Virus record (IMG/VR): IMGVR_UViG_3300031857_000122
Location: 4,965 to 68,964 of that record
DNA: 64,000 nt
Source: a virus
Direction: 5' to 3' (one strand)
The translations under genes and the position numbers were made by a program. The notes beneath the pieces are model-generated. The model ran no database searches, was not told where the DNA came from, and was given only the letters and a program-made list of their open reading frames with translations. Below, one piece after another: positions 30,101 to 39,628 of the stretch (positions within the stretch are counted from its first letter, which is position 1; each line of letters begins with the position of its first letter).

Positions 30101-30370
30101 GACCAGGCAGATGCGGCAGAAAGGCTTAGGCTTGGTAAATTGGAATTGGTGAATAAACTTGACGACAAAACAAAGGCCAAGATTATTGAAATGTACGGCA
30201 AGCAAGCAGAGGAAAGGAGGGCTGCCGCAGCTTCATTTAACAAGATGGATGTTACAAGGAACGGGAATAAGATAGATTGGAATGAAGAGTTCCAGATTAA
30301 CGCAGACGGCATTCCTGATTGGTACACTATGTACGAGGAGTATGATAGCCAGAAGATTAAATTGCAGTAA
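24167..30370 (+). CDS. large polyvalent/ejection protein B (ParB/Srx-like domain, GNAT domain, coiled coils)
   Basis: 2067 aa; MSPNEYL...QEGRNRAVVAKELG..KIPV (ParB-like); KGKGEG...LTLDA..LIEFYKKNGF (GNAT); C-terminal DMSAPLRQG ejection-type region. Confidence 0.75.
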   Translation: MAKNLKPCDFIVKTGGEALSSAEESAKEISKYKGIFNPNKTGVPAIDDLLEDDGYQFFYKGVKADRVLMSPNEYLERVRKGLKTKTDANILAGKTDAIKKAIESGAKINTPFISTIGGKFSQEGRNRAVVAKELGEQKIPVFIESDVTFDDKINRGAELVKQSQEKGNKTKEDVLDGIKKLGLHRDGIRFIDDNYDAIEEKSSKLGTGKEVRLSYDEMRQYLLDNPEVWRDVSTRRKGQARAVPIILTAKDVVVKKSDDFANDAEYVVLDNGKEIGRLWYDKSQKNWSNPNFYRPNAEPYSFKSIYGDILGETKEEAVAEIIKRHNETKKEEEPKVSYVKDEILNNFLNILNGTKSLAVNPISKKEFIYDDRAALEFSRFDKGNRKEIELQDIAVFDKGKGEGMSVMKDITDAADKAGIILTLDAKPFGTEGLGKKDLIEFYKKNGFIVDYEEAYGGEFDNEKDLIDYALKNESEGVPMKRIPKENKGQARKAGFSGNVSNDTVLYEVGGEKLRESNYNVEEALKAVKAYLISTGMTEKKAEERIDKSKLEQRMSRLALNYAASGQEAVSGIAKRLVPQEIIDSVNIERRTTKEMLDRGKELVDNGTIDPAAMVYSITYESPRVLSPDEVAAAVYYKNTLDNKASTLYKEINKAREKGNRELENNLKAQLKDTERALVEYEKFSIITGNVMARAFGLRKLLVDASYTLVNMKNKWGAKFGFVPDDVAKKFEEYDKAMQDLKKAEEEFEKLKQEWDNRDVAERLAEHYEAERTNPKVAKPKVIATLQSWGSRIAKPIASIFSKKGSGQARKAKDTSNGEMVYRDAVGMVMDYVADKNDVSDKVVNEAIAKAMKYIKASTWYGTLTADEKVEAEKEFTSSIKDGVVEPFAVGKNGLKIPNDVIKYYVAEEGLKDIDEVSKAILRDYKAELPEGITARDIRDAITQYGVRIMPSQEEIDKTIREMKRIGMKRSQLEDIKNGIRPLKSGLVRDEKTQIIRDMEREINQGLKELGIDDVNPEVYLKSALERIKTALGNQIKDLDKEIKTIEDKIAAGEKVEGFKKSVKKVEYDTAAQALKEQRDALKKVREDLLEKAGVNTQIKIDNAIKALEQSITEYERRLNEGDFSSFRTEETLPETDELKAAREKRDALRKEYNERKNALLTPEMKEMNKLRDLQDKLDDLLQKDAEGYYAQGIEVRPRATPESPAVKDLRNQIAAMEQRLGIAKLPEAKELERLREQLAKIIRGETTTGKGKQQGPDLPSIAILKQKIQNAKDSMGITFRKKEDAALKAKEEAIKKIEREIAQIERTGQRTPRAQKFNSAATEAMSQVVKGKRKALEQILEQTGIAEKERMEAAKERDRRYIEELERRLREKDFTKKRKPPIDFDAEGKRIQREKRKIKDLYDYEFAKKALEEREFSRKAFDLLAAGYNIPKSLLSGLDMSAPLRQGLPFLIGQLLVPSVKNWRLSFEGQKKALNNLKFMFQSTYDVFSGIGDSKEFYDNWLTDLKETDDYTLMKAAGLYIAEESAKLKAGEELFANNLLHRLPIWQKPLVVQGRTILPGLGIATRSERAFNSFINYQRVQIFRDMAEVFKDAGLSEQQNLQDFKNLASAINLFTGRAGLGRAESSAGILNNLFFSVRLLVSRFQMFNPLWYASLYRESPKAAWFALQTTAKFTIAMMELLGLAYLYYGSDDDDDTKVDLNPLSSGFGSIQISKDTKVDITAGYAKAIGFVSKLLAGEFVSSTTGETKEMKPEDKALLMLNFISGKANPSLRVPINYWLSQVNKEGDRVTQFGELYSLQEDILELIPPLIVQDFVKLQEKEGLTKTSALILASFFGVSVSTKPERYKTAKDISRETIKGETRETKQEERKADVQFKEGDPERFEKLIDKEAEEEYASKYPQIEKSDMPSEEKNKLKDNLYSIIKLELAQDKFFSRTSDKIGPEYFPAKKPYKSDELVEAFFHIMSGTPYPPISPFAPKDQADAAERLRLGKLELVNKLDDKTKAKIIEMYGKQAEERRAAAASFNKMDVTRNGNKIDWNEEFQINADGIPDWYTMYEEYDSQKIKLQ

Positions 30371-30379
30371 CTTTGTAGA

Positions 30380-33300
30380 ATGATACACAGAGTAGACAGG
30401 GTTAATCCCGATGTAGACGATAGGGTGATAAAGCCTAACGAGGCAAGGAACGCAGTTAATCTGCGTTTCGGTGCTTCTACGGACGACACAAACCTTTCCG
30501 GGGGAACACTCATTCTGGGCAACAAGAAAATCACCAGCTTTACACCTCCTGCCGGAGACAATCAAGTGGTGGGTGTGTATGCCGACTTGGAATCCCGGAA
30601 TGTGTACTTCGCTATGTACAATAGCCAGAGCAATCACGCTATTTACAGAATCTCTACAGACCCTGTTACGCAAGAGGATATTGTAAAGGCTATTGTTCAG
30701 GGAGACTGGCTCAATCTGAAGTCTAACGATAATCCCGAATACGCTCTTTACAATGTCTCTATGGCTGCCGTTGATGGCAAGCTGTATTGGACAGACAATG
30801 TGAATGACCCTCGGATGGTGAACATTGAGAAGGGGATTCGCACACAGGAGAACCCTGCCGAACCAGATGTCTATCCTTCTGCTCCCGTATTAGATTGGTT
30901 TTACAGCCAAATCAAGAGACCTCCGGGTGTGGTACTTGAGGTGTTTCCTCCTCTCACTCCGGAGGAAATGAGCATTACGTTTGGAAATAAAACCACCACG
31001 AACACGGGCTTGCAATACTCATACTATTATGTGTACGACAATAACGAGGAAAGCCGTCTTGCCCCTTATACGCAAAATATTTACACCATTTATGATGTAA
31101 CGATAAGGATTCCGAACGATGAGTATAACACGTATACAAGTCAGTCTTCCCTTATTAAGAAGGTGGTGATAGTGGTGAGGAACGGGAATGATGGCGTGTG
31201 GAGGGAACTCATCTATAATGACAATGTAACCGACCCTAAGCAGTCTTGGACATTACGGAATGTTCTCACTTCAATTAAGAACACTGTTGCTTCAGACATT
31301 ACAGATGCCCGGTTTGACAGTGTTCCTTTGCTTAGTGTCACTAATGAGATAGCGCAGAACAAGCTGAATCATGGCAACTATCTTCTTGACTACCCCTACG
31401 ACAACAACATCTCCGTAGAAGCTGAGATTAACAACATAAGCGAATTTTTAAGGCAAGACCCGAATGCGGTAATAAGTGATTATTTCTACACATACAACTC
31501 TTTTGTCCCTTGGGGAAGGTACACAATAGGTGTGGAGCTTGTTGATAAGTTTGGTCGCACCTATCCCGTTACAAATGCTGTTGATGTTGTTGCCCCTTGG
31601 CTTACGCAGAGTTTGACAACAAGAAGCAGTTCAGATATAAATATTCCTTTTGGAGGCGGTGTAATATCTGGAGCTGGAGAAACATATCCTAACGGTCAAG
31701 GAGTAGTGCTTGATAGAAATGGTAGTAATTTGTTTGATACACAAGTTGAAATTTACGACCAAGCAGATAAAAATAACACAGTAGCACGATATAAGATTAA
31801 AGGCGCATTGCCGGATTGGGTGGATAGGGTGAACATTGTTAGGAGTAAGGCTAAAAACATCATTACTATGCATCAAAGCGTAGGTGAGATGTTTATTTGG
31901 TATCAAACCGAAACTCAATCCCCAAGGTATGTTTCGTGGGTTTACCCCGGATTGACAAATTATAAGATTTCTGTTAATGACAGAACAAAAGATGTCAATC
32001 AAATATATAATGCAGACGAATCAAATAGCAAACTAACATTCGCTGGTTTTGCAATTAAAATGTATGATGCCCCACCAATTGTTCAAGGAGACAATTTATT
32101 TATTACAATATACCCGCAATATAACACCAACAAGCAATATGAAGAAGGCTCTACTAATTTAGACCTTACTCAATCAATGATAAACCCTGATGCATGGGCT
32201 ACTGACGCAGGAAGGCTATGCCGGGTGTTAAAATTTAAAATACATAGAATTGAAGGCGACTTAATTTATATTAGGCAATTAGATAACATTGAGGCTCATC
32301 CTAATTATTTAAACGAGCTTGGCACAAGGTCCGGAAGGAGATACTTAACGCCCTGGTCATTCCCGGTAGCGGTTTATGACAAAGCCGTAAATAGTGTTGC
32401 TTCAACAAATGACCCTGCAAGATGGTATCCTTTGCTTTACAATTTTACAGTAACGCAAGAGGGAAATGTAGATGAGCAAATTGTTTACACCACTCAGGCA
32501 ACATATAGCCGGTCAGAGTTTTTGCAAATGCAAAGCGGAAATGTAAACAATGAAGTGGTTGGCTATTTAAAGGGGGATGCTGCTGTAGCGAGAGTTCTTA
32601 AACAGTTCCCACAAACCGCAAACGATATTCAATGTTATAGATTCCCAGATGGTTCTGGAGACGATGAACCAGTATTGGGTAACCTCACACTACGTGTGCC
32701 TACTTTTGGATGGTTTGGGAATATGATAAGTATGTCCCCTCGTGACATTTACGCACAAGAGTGGAATCAGGACATAGGGCAAATCAACACTGTAAACTAT
32801 AAGGATGTCCAGAACAGAAGGCTTCCAAGTAACATCTGCTTCTCCGGCTCCATCATTCAAGGGACACAAGTGAATGGACTAAACAAGTTCAACTCTCTTG
32901 ACTTCCGGCAGGCTCCTGCTGAGAACGGTCCCCTTACGGCTCTTGTTACAACAAACGCAACACAGAGGGAGCCGGGAGTGCTTCTTGCTATAGGTTCATT
33001 CGGAATCAGTTCTTTCTATTACGATGCCATACAGCTTCAGAATGTAGACGGCACTAACAATGTAACTACAACCGATTCCTACCTTGCCTCCCAAAGACCA
33101 CTCGTAGGGCAGTTTGGAACGGCAAGACAAATGAGCGTTACAAAGACTCCGCTCGGCACAGTGTATTGGTGGAGTGATGTAGTGAATGATATGATTCGCT
33201 ATTCCAATGCCGGGATGGAAAGGCTTGGCCTAACATACAGCTTTGGGAACTTCCTCCGCAAGACGTACAACGACAACCCCCTTCTCATCACTTGGTACGA

Positions 33301-33883
33301 CCAGGTGACAGATGAAATCAATCTGCTTGGCAAAGGGAAGAATACTTCCGTATTTTCTGAAAGGTTCAAAACTTTCCAGGGTCAGAGGGAATATTGGAAA
33401 CTGGGACCATTAGGAAACGAATATCCTCAGAGAGCCATTGGATTGCCGACAAAGCAATATTGGTTTATTAACGGGGAGATATATGTTGCTGATGTGGAAG
33501 CAAGCACTATATCCGTACCACAAAACTTTATATTCGATGTCTTCAAAGACCCATCCGTAGAACTCGTTACAAACGAGAGTCCTGCCGTAGTGAAACGATG
33601 GAATCAGGTGAAGGTGTTTGGCAACAGACCAACACAAGTGAATCTGGTTGCTCCTATTGACAGCGGAACGGAATTGATTTCCTCTATTTCCCCTAACTAT
33701 TTCATTCAAAGGAAGGGAGACTGGGAAGCAGCCATCCGCAGAGCGGAGAACACTACGGGAGGACTACTTGGAGGGAAACTTATGGAAAGTAGGATAATAT
33801 ATTCTAACTTTGCGTTTAAGGCTGACGGCTTTGACAAGCTGAATTTCATAGAGGTTAAAAGTAACGTTTCAATAGTTCAATAA
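30380..33883 (+). CDS. tail stabilisation / muzzle protein (P22 gp10-like)
   Basis: EARNAVNLR and LYWTDNVNDPRMVNI motifs typical of crAss-like stabilisation proteins; beta-rich. Confidence 0.7.
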   Translation: MIHRVDRVNPDVDDRVIKPNEARNAVNLRFGASTDDTNLSGGTLILGNKKITSFTPPAGDNQVVGVYADLESRNVYFAMYNSQSNHAIYRISTDPVTQEDIVKAIVQGDWLNLKSNDNPEYALYNVSMAAVDGKLYWTDNVNDPRMVNIEKGIRTQENPAEPDVYPSAPVLDWFYSQIKRPPGVVLEVFPPLTPEEMSITFGNKTTTNTGLQYSYYYVYDNNEESRLAPYTQNIYTIYDVTIRIPNDEYNTYTSQSSLIKKVVIVVRNGNDGVWRELIYNDNVTDPKQSWTLRNVLTSIKNTVASDITDARFDSVPLLSVTNEIAQNKLNHGNYLLDYPYDNNISVEAEINNISEFLRQDPNAVISDYFYTYNSFVPWGRYTIGVELVDKFGRTYPVTNAVDVVAPWLTQSLTTRSSSDINIPFGGGVISGAGETYPNGQGVVLDRNGSNLFDTQVEIYDQADKNNTVARYKIKGALPDWVDRVNIVRSKAKNIITMHQSVGEMFIWYQTETQSPRYVSWVYPGLTNYKISVNDRTKDVNQIYNADESNSKLTFAGFAIKMYDAPPIVQGDNLFITIYPQYNTNKQYEEGSTNLDLTQSMINPDAWATDAGRLCRVLKFKIHRIEGDLIYIRQLDNIEAHPNYLNELGTRSGRRYLTPWSFPVAVYDKAVNSVASTNDPARWYPLLYNFTVTQEGNVDEQIVYTTQATYSRSEFLQMQSGNVNNEVVGYLKGDAAVARVLKQFPQTANDIQCYRFPDGSGDDEPVLGNLTLRVPTFGWFGNMISMSPRDIYAQEWNQDIGQINTVNYKDVQNRRLPSNICFSGSIIQGTQVNGLNKFNSLDFRQAPAENGPLTALVTTNATQREPGVLLAIGSFGISSFYYDAIQLQNVDGTNNVTTTDSYLASQRPLVGQFGTARQMSVTKTPLGTVYWWSDVVNDMIRYSNAGMERLGLTYSFGNFLRKTYNDNPLLITWYDQVTDEINLLGKGKNTSVFSERFKTFQGQREYWKLGPLGNEYPQRAIGLPTKQYWFINGEIYVADVEASTISVPQNFIFDVFKDPSVELVTNESPAVVKRWNQVKVFGNRPTQVNLVAPIDSGTELISSISPNYFIQRKGDWEAAIRRAENTTGGLLGGKLMESRIIYSNFAFKADGFDKLNFIEVKSNVSIVQ

Positions 33884-33884
33884 T

Positions 33885-34805
33885 ATGGCAGTAGAAAATT
33901 GGCAGATGCCAGCAATAGGAGCCGGAGCTGCGTTTCTCGGCTCCATTCCTCAGATGGTGGAGGCAAGGAGGCTACGCAAAGAGCGCGAGCGTCTTATGGA
34001 ACAAGGCGCACCAGGTCTTTCCCCTATTGAACAACAGCAATTAGCTGAGGCTCGTTCAAGGGCCGCCTCAACACTCGCTCCGGGCTATGCTCAGGAAATG
34101 GAGGGCATTGCCCAACAACAGGGGGATGTCCTTGCCGCCGGTAAAAGAGGGAGTGCTACAAGCAGTAATCTTATGAACCTTTTGTCAAGAATGAACGCAC
34201 AGGGACAAGCCGCACGGCGTAACCTTGCCATTCGTGGAGCGCAGGCTCAGAGGGCAGCACAAGGAGAACTAACAAACCTTTCTATGACGGCTGATGCCAG
34301 AAGGCAGGGAAGAGTTCAGGACTGGGAGGCTAAGATGGCTCAGATGGATGCAGCAAGGAGGCAATACAATGCTGCTGCTGGAATGTCTCCTGTTCAGGGG
34401 GCTTTGGCCTTTATGCCTACAGAGGGGTTGAAGTTTACGAAGAAAGATGTAACGCCAACCACCCCGTCCCCGTACAAATCTTTTGCCGAAATACCTACGA
34501 AGTTTTCGGAAACAGAGCCTATGTATAATCCGTATGCGGCACAAAATGCAGCAGCAATGAGAATGGCTCCTCAAACTTCTGACATGGGGCCTGGCGCAAC
34601 TCCTCCGCCGATGAATTTAATGAGGCAACCATCAATGCTATCTGTGCCACAGAGTCAAATGGAAGAGCCGGAGTTTGAGCCTAATATGGAAGCCTTCAAC
34701 CCCGTAATGAATACAACTCGCAGGAGGACATATAATCCAAGTCGGTTCCCCAATACAATGAGGGCTATAAGCCCATACGGTCCTCCAAAATATAGCTTTG
34801 AATAA
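33885..34805 (+). CDS. putative pilot/ejection protein
   Basis: N-terminal AIGAGAAFLG and A/Q-rich helices; lies between the stabiliser and the portal. Confidence 0.5.
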   Translation: MAVENWQMPAIGAGAAFLGSIPQMVEARRLRKERERLMEQGAPGLSPIEQQQLAEARSRAASTLAPGYAQEMEGIAQQQGDVLAAGKRGSATSSNLMNLLSRMNAQGQAARRNLAIRGAQAQRAAQGELTNLSMTADARRQGRVQDWEAKMAQMDAARRQYNAAAGMSPVQGALAFMPTEGLKFTKKDVTPTTPSPYKSFAEIPTKFSETEPMYNPYAAQNAAAMRMAPQTSDMGPGATPPPMNLMRQPSMLSVPQSQMEEPEFEPNMEAFNPVMNTTRRRTYNPSRFPNTMRAISPYGPPKYSFE

Positions 34806-34808
34806 TAA

Positions 34809-37172
34809 ATGTTCGCACCAGATTTATCCGTTTCGTTTGATAAGAAGAAGTCTAAGGAGTTCGGAAAGGACTTCGCTTCTGGTTTGGAGACTTGGCACTT
34901 GATGCAAATTGAGAGCCCTAACTTTCCCAAGCGGAGATGGGCGGAGAACTATCAATATGCGTTAGGCAATCAAAGCTACCTACGCACGGTGCAGCCCATA
35001 GACAACCTGGGGGCCAACGACTCACAAACGCTTCTTGGGGCCGACCTTCGCAACATGAAGCTCACGTCTACAATCCTGGAAAGCATTGTAGGAAAGCTGA
35101 ACAAGCAGAAGTTCAAACCATCCGTATCTATGATAGATGCGTTTGCTATGGACGAAAGGCTTAACTTTAAAGCTAAACTTCAGGCTGCTATGGCCCTCAA
35201 ACAACAGGGAGCCGAAATGGAGCAATTCCTTCAGCACCTTGGACTCACTGCGGACGACGTGCCGATTGACCAAGCAGAACTTGAAATCAAGCTAAACACA
35301 ATGCCGCAATTTCTTGAGGAAATGTCTCTTGAGTTGGCATTGACAAAAGTGGGGCATGAAAGTAATATAGAAACACTTGCCCGGATGGCTGACTATGATG
35401 ATGCCATCACGGCTGTTAGGGGTCATTATATCAATCGTGTAAATGGAAAAAGACAAATCGAATGGCTGGACCCGCTTAATAGCGGTCATAGTATGTCCTT
35501 TTATCCTGATGGGCGTGATATTGTTTGGAGCTACAGAATACGGCCTGTTCCTGTTGAGCAAGTTCGCATCGAAGCGCAAGAATTCCTCACGGATTCAGAA
35601 CTAAACAATCTCCGTGGAGGACAATTTAGCCTTCTCTATAATTGGCTTTATTGGTGGGCAGCTCCGGGAGCGAACAATTACTTAGCCACCTTTACCAACA
35701 CCTATACAGACTATGTACTCGTTATGGACTTTGAGTTCGTCTCCACAGACCTACTCTACACCAACATTAAAAATGGCCGGGCCTATAATGGATATGCCAA
35801 AAAAACTGCCGGAAAAGATGGTGACGTTTACACAGCTAAGGTTCAGAACCTTTTCGGGGGTAAGTACATTTGCGGCTCCGGATACGTCTATGACTACGGG
35901 GTTAAGCCTGGTGTTCGGCAACCTATCGTAACCAACAACGAGGATGCCTTTAAGGTGAACGCCTCTAAGGTGTATGGTTCATTTGTGTGGCATCACTCCG
36001 GAATGATTAGGGGTGAATCCACATCCATCATTGATAGAGCCAAGCCTCACGTTGATGCTATTGAAGACACCTTTAAGAAGTTCAAGACATACGTTAAAGA
36101 GTTCCTTCCTTGGATGATTAGGGTGGACCAGGATGCTCTGGCTGACCTTGCTATGAAAGAAGGGGATGATGTGACGGCAGAGGACTTGATGACAACGCTC
36201 CTTGAAAGAGGTCTTGGTGTTGTGTCATCTTCTGCTTATAAAGGATTCCACAATGCTTCCGTAAAGGATGCCATTAGCATTATATCAAATGACGGGGGAG
36301 GAAACCTGCAAGTATTGTGGGGCTTACTCCTTCAACAAATCAACCTCCTGCATGATGTTGTAGGCGTTCCAAAAGTGGACACCGGAGGCGGTGTTAATCC
36401 AGAAGTAGGTAAGGCCGTAACGCAAATGCTTCTTCAGGGAAGCGACAATGTTCTGTCTGGATTGATGGATGCGAAAATCAAACTTTACTCAAGTTTGTGG
36501 GAGAATCTCATGTATGACATTTTGCAAACAGGAGAAGTGGGTGTGGCTAAGAATATGCCATTTGCTGTCCCACCCGGCAACCCAGACGAGCGCATCCCAA
36601 ATCTTGTTGTTGAGCCACTGCCTACAGAAGCCGACTGGCAAGACTTGTATGCAAAGGCACAACAAGCACTTGCTTCCGGAAGCCTTACAATGGACCAATA
36701 TGCCTACCTGAAAATCATAGACAATATGAAGCAGGCTTGGGCGTATTTGGCTGTGCAGCAGAAGAGGACTGAGATGAAGAAGATGGCCCAGCAACAAATG
36801 GTGGACCAAGCCAATACGGAAAGACAGATGTTGTCTAACCAGCAGGCTCAAATGGGCAAAGAGAAATTGGAGCAATTAAAAATATTCGGGAACGTAATTC
36901 AGGAATATGCAAAGGCTGCCTTTGCTAATCCTATGAATAGTCAAAATCCCGATATAATTTTGCAGAGGATACAAATAGAAATGGATAAAATGTATGGAAA
37001 CAATGACGCAGGAAATGAACAACAGCCAGCAGGACTTGGGCAACAACAACCTGAGCAACAACAGCCAGAACAATATGGAGAACCCCTTCCAGACGGAGGA
37101 GAGCAATCTCAATTTGATGGAGAACCCATTCAAGGTTACGAAAGTGACCTTGGGGGAGGAGAACTACAATGA
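34809..37172 (+). CDS. portal protein
   Basis: 787 aa upstream of scaffold/MCP; YALGNQ, DVVGV and a Q-rich C-terminal coil as in crAss-like portals. Confidence 0.8.
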   Translation: MFAPDLSVSFDKKKSKEFGKDFASGLETWHLMQIESPNFPKRRWAENYQYALGNQSYLRTVQPIDNLGANDSQTLLGADLRNMKLTSTILESIVGKLNKQKFKPSVSMIDAFAMDERLNFKAKLQAAMALKQQGAEMEQFLQHLGLTADDVPIDQAELEIKLNTMPQFLEEMSLELALTKVGHESNIETLARMADYDDAITAVRGHYINRVNGKRQIEWLDPLNSGHSMSFYPDGRDIVWSYRIRPVPVEQVRIEAQEFLTDSELNNLRGGQFSLLYNWLYWWAAPGANNYLATFTNTYTDYVLVMDFEFVSTDLLYTNIKNGRAYNGYAKKTAGKDGDVYTAKVQNLFGGKYICGSGYVYDYGVKPGVRQPIVTNNEDAFKVNASKVYGSFVWHHSGMIRGESTSIIDRAKPHVDAIEDTFKKFKTYVKEFLPWMIRVDQDALADLAMKEGDDVTAEDLMTTLLERGLGVVSSSAYKGFHNASVKDAISIISNDGGGNLQVLWGLLLQQINLLHDVVGVPKVDTGGGVNPEVGKAVTQMLLQGSDNVLSGLMDAKIKLYSSLWENLMYDILQTGEVGVAKNMPFAVPPGNPDERIPNLVVEPLPTEADWQDLYAKAQQALASGSLTMDQYAYLKIIDNMKQAWAYLAVQQKRTEMKKMAQQQMVDQANTERQMLSNQQAQMGKEKLEQLKIFGNVIQEYAKAAFANPMNSQNPDIILQRIQIEMDKMYGNNDAGNEQQPAGLGQQQPEQQQPEQYGEPLPDGGEQSQFDGEPIQGYESDLGGGELQ

Positions 37173-38109
37173 GCCCCTCACCTATCAGGATGAACCGCAG
37201 GCTGAAGTAGAGCAACAAGAGCCCGTAACTCAGGAGGAAACTCCGCAAGCTGTCCAGTCAGGAGCAGATGATATAGAAGCTCTTAGGGCAAAGCTGGCGG
37301 ATATGGAGGCCAGATTGCAGGAGGCTGCCGAACCACAGGTTAAGGTGGAGTACAGGATGCCCGAAGAGGTGAAGGAGTTGCTTGACAACCCAGCCGTTCT
37401 TCAGGTATTGAATGAGAACTACGAGAACAAAACCGTTCTTGACCTCATTAAGGATGCCTTTAAAGAGGCTAATCCTTGGGCGAAAACAGACCGCCACATT
37501 GAATCGCACTTGAGAAGACAATATCCCGATATTGACTTTGAAGCACCCGAAAATCTTGGGTTATCTGAGGAGGATTACGATGCTATTGCATGGCAAGCCG
37601 AAGGCATTCGCCAGCAGCGCATAGCTCAACAGGACGAGATTAAAGGGCGCATTGAAGCCGCAAAGGCTCCCGCCATCACCGAAATGGATTTAGAAGGCTA
37701 TCAATCAGCCTTTAACAATCTGGTAGAGGATGGCATTAAGGGAATCAAGCCAGAGCCTCTGTCCCTGGAAATTCCGGGGTATAAGATGCCGGAGCTTGAC
37801 TTTGAGAAAGTGAGGGATATTGTTTATAGTGATAATGTGCCATTGTCGCTTGACAAAGAAGGCAATGTGTGGCCCAACATGAAGGCCGCCGCTGCTATGG
37901 CTGAATTGGAAATGTTGAAGAGCCAGATTCCGGCGATGTTGGAAGCGGCTCGGAGGTCAGCTCCTAAAGAAGCCGTTGAAGCAATCAATCGTACCCTAAA
38001 CAATCAAGTGCCACAGAACAACACAGCACCTATAAATCCAAGAGGGGCGGTAGCAAATGCTCCCACCTTTGGAGGACTTAGAGTTGTGGGTGTTCAAACA
38101 AATTTTTAA
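36994..38109 (+). CDS. capsid scaffolding protein
   Basis: Acidic helical protein between portal and MCP; the true start may be one of the MENPF ATGs (37075, 37117). Confidence 0.6.
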   Translation: METMTQEMNNSQQDLGNNNLSNNSQNNMENPFQTEESNLNLMENPFKVTKVTLGEENYNEPLTYQDEPQAEVEQQEPVTQEETPQAVQSGADDIEALRAKLADMEARLQEAAEPQVKVEYRMPEEVKELLDNPAVLQVLNENYENKTVLDLIKDAFKEANPWAKTDRHIESHLRRQYPDIDFEAPENLGLSEEDYDAIAWQAEGIRQQRIAQQDEIKGRIEAAKAPAITEMDLEGYQSAFNNLVEDGIKGIKPEPLSLEIPGYKMPELDFEKVRDIVYSDNVPLSLDKEGNVWPNMKAAAAMAELEMLKSQIPAMLEAARRSAPKEAVEAINRTLNNQVPQNNTAPINPRGAVANAPTFGGLRVVGVQTNF

Positions 38110-38131
38110 CATGTAATTTTCAAAAAAAGAA

Positions 38132-39628
38132 ATGCCAACTCCTAATCCATTACAGTATGGGTCGAACGGCGTAAATGCCTTTAGCCCGTCGGGTGCAAAT
38201 CAGGTAGCTGATGCCGCCACCCTTTCCGGTTTAGCGGACACCGTATCATTCGTCCGTGAATTCTGGCCTACACTCCTTGACCGTTACCCTGACCGTCAGC
38301 TCATCGAGAACGGCCTTATGGCTCACCTCGTAGACAACAAGGCTTTCGTAGGTGTTCAGAGCAATACCACTCAGGTGTTTCACGCTGAACAGGATTCCGT
38401 ACTGAATACGCTTTCTGTTATCTCCGTAACAACCCCTTCTCCAGCCGCAGGCGGCGAGGCCATCATCAACGTAACAGCTCCTTCTCTGGTGAATGGTGCT
38501 ACCACTACCTACTATCCTTACGCCACCGTAGGACAGAACTTTCAGGTAGCAGCTAACCCAGACCTGATTCTGAACGTTGTAGCTGTAACGCCTCCATCCA
38601 ACACATCTACGAACAATTTCAGCATCACCGTTCGTCCTCTGTCCACCCTGTCCGCCACTACCACCACCATCCCTTCTGGTAGCGTTCTGCTTCCTCAAGA
38701 TGGTGTGAATGACCCTAACGGCGAATTCCAAAATGGTACTGTTCGTAACTGGGCTCGCTATGGCGTTAGCTTCCAGTATATGAGCACTCCTTCTGCCATC
38801 GTTGGTCAGGACACTTACAATCAGTCTTTCATGTTCCAGCTTGAGGGCGGACAGAGCATCCTTGCTCCCCGTATCTTCGCTGATGCTATGATGACTGCCA
38901 TGCTGAAGAAGTCTGCTGCTATCACTCGTGGTACTGGCGACCAATTCTTGACAGCTTCTGGAAGCAATCTCCAAACCACCGTTGGTTTCACCACTGCTGC
39001 CCAGACATTCGGCTTGACAGATGACTACGCTCCTGGTGCTGTACAAATGGCTACTCTTGAGAACATTGGTATCCGTCTTCAGAACAAAGGTGCTGGCACT
39101 GAGCTTGACCTGTGGGGTGGCTACGCTTTCCTTCAGAGCATTCAGGCTAACGCTTTTGCTCCTCTTCAGGGTGGTGCTGTTCAGTACATCTCTGGCGAAA
39201 TGAACGACAAAGGTGTTCGTCCAGGACTGAAAAAGTCTCTTGGTCACTTCATCCTTGGTAAGTTCAAGGTGAATCTGAACGAGGCTTCTGAGTGGGCTCA
39301 CAAAGCCATGTACTCTCCAGACATCACTGGCGATGGTTCTTCTCTGACTAACGGATACTGGGCTAATGCCTTCTGCATCATCCCTAAAGAAGATGTAGCC
39401 GTTCCTCGTGAACTGACCAACACTTCCTACACTGTTACAGCTCCTATGTTCCGTGTTCTTCAGTTGAAGGCTCCTGTAACCACAGGCGGAACTCCGGTGA
39501 TGAACCAGATTGTGAAGCGTGACCCAGCTCACTTCAACGCTATGAAGTATCAAATCATCAACAATGAGTATTTCGCTGCTCAGACGATGCTTGCTTCTAA
39601 GCTGTACTTCGGAGGAACTATCATCTAA
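38132..39628 (+). CDS. major capsid protein
   Basis: 498 aa; strong high-expression codon bias; follows the scaffold and is followed by a terminator. Confidence 0.8.
   Translation: MPTPNPLQYGSNGVNAFSPSGANQVADAATLSGLADTVSFVREFWPTLLDRYPDRQLIENGLMAHLVDNKAFVGVQSNTTQVFHAEQDSVLNTLSVISVTTPSPAAGGEAIINVTAPSLVNGATTTYYPYATVGQNFQVAANPDLILNVVAVTPPSNTSTNNFSITVRPLSTLSATTTTIPSGSVLLPQDGVNDPNGEFQNGTVRNWARYGVSFQYMSTPSAIVGQDTYNQSFMFQLEGGQSILAPRIFADAMMTAMLKKSAAITRGTGDQFLTASGSNLQTTVGFTTAAQTFGLTDDYAPGAVQMATLENIGIRLQNKGAGTELDLWGGYAFLQSIQANAFAPLQGGAVQYISGEMNDKGVRPGLKKSLGHFILGKFKVNLNEASEWAHKAMYSPDITGDGSSLTNGYWANAFCIIPKEDVAVPRELTNTSYTVTAPMFRVLQLKAPVTTGGTPVMNQIVKRDPAHFNAMKYQIINNEYFAAQTMLASKLYFGGTII

Noticed and set aside
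18384-30370. Virion RNA polymerase as in Crassvirales
   Set aside because: No DFDxD-type catalytic motif was seen; the SDDDDD run is a low-complexity loop after a hydrophobic helix.
38246-39553. 435-aa antisense ORF within the MCP gene
   Set aside because: Expected by-product of strong codon bias on the sense strand; no recognisable protein features.
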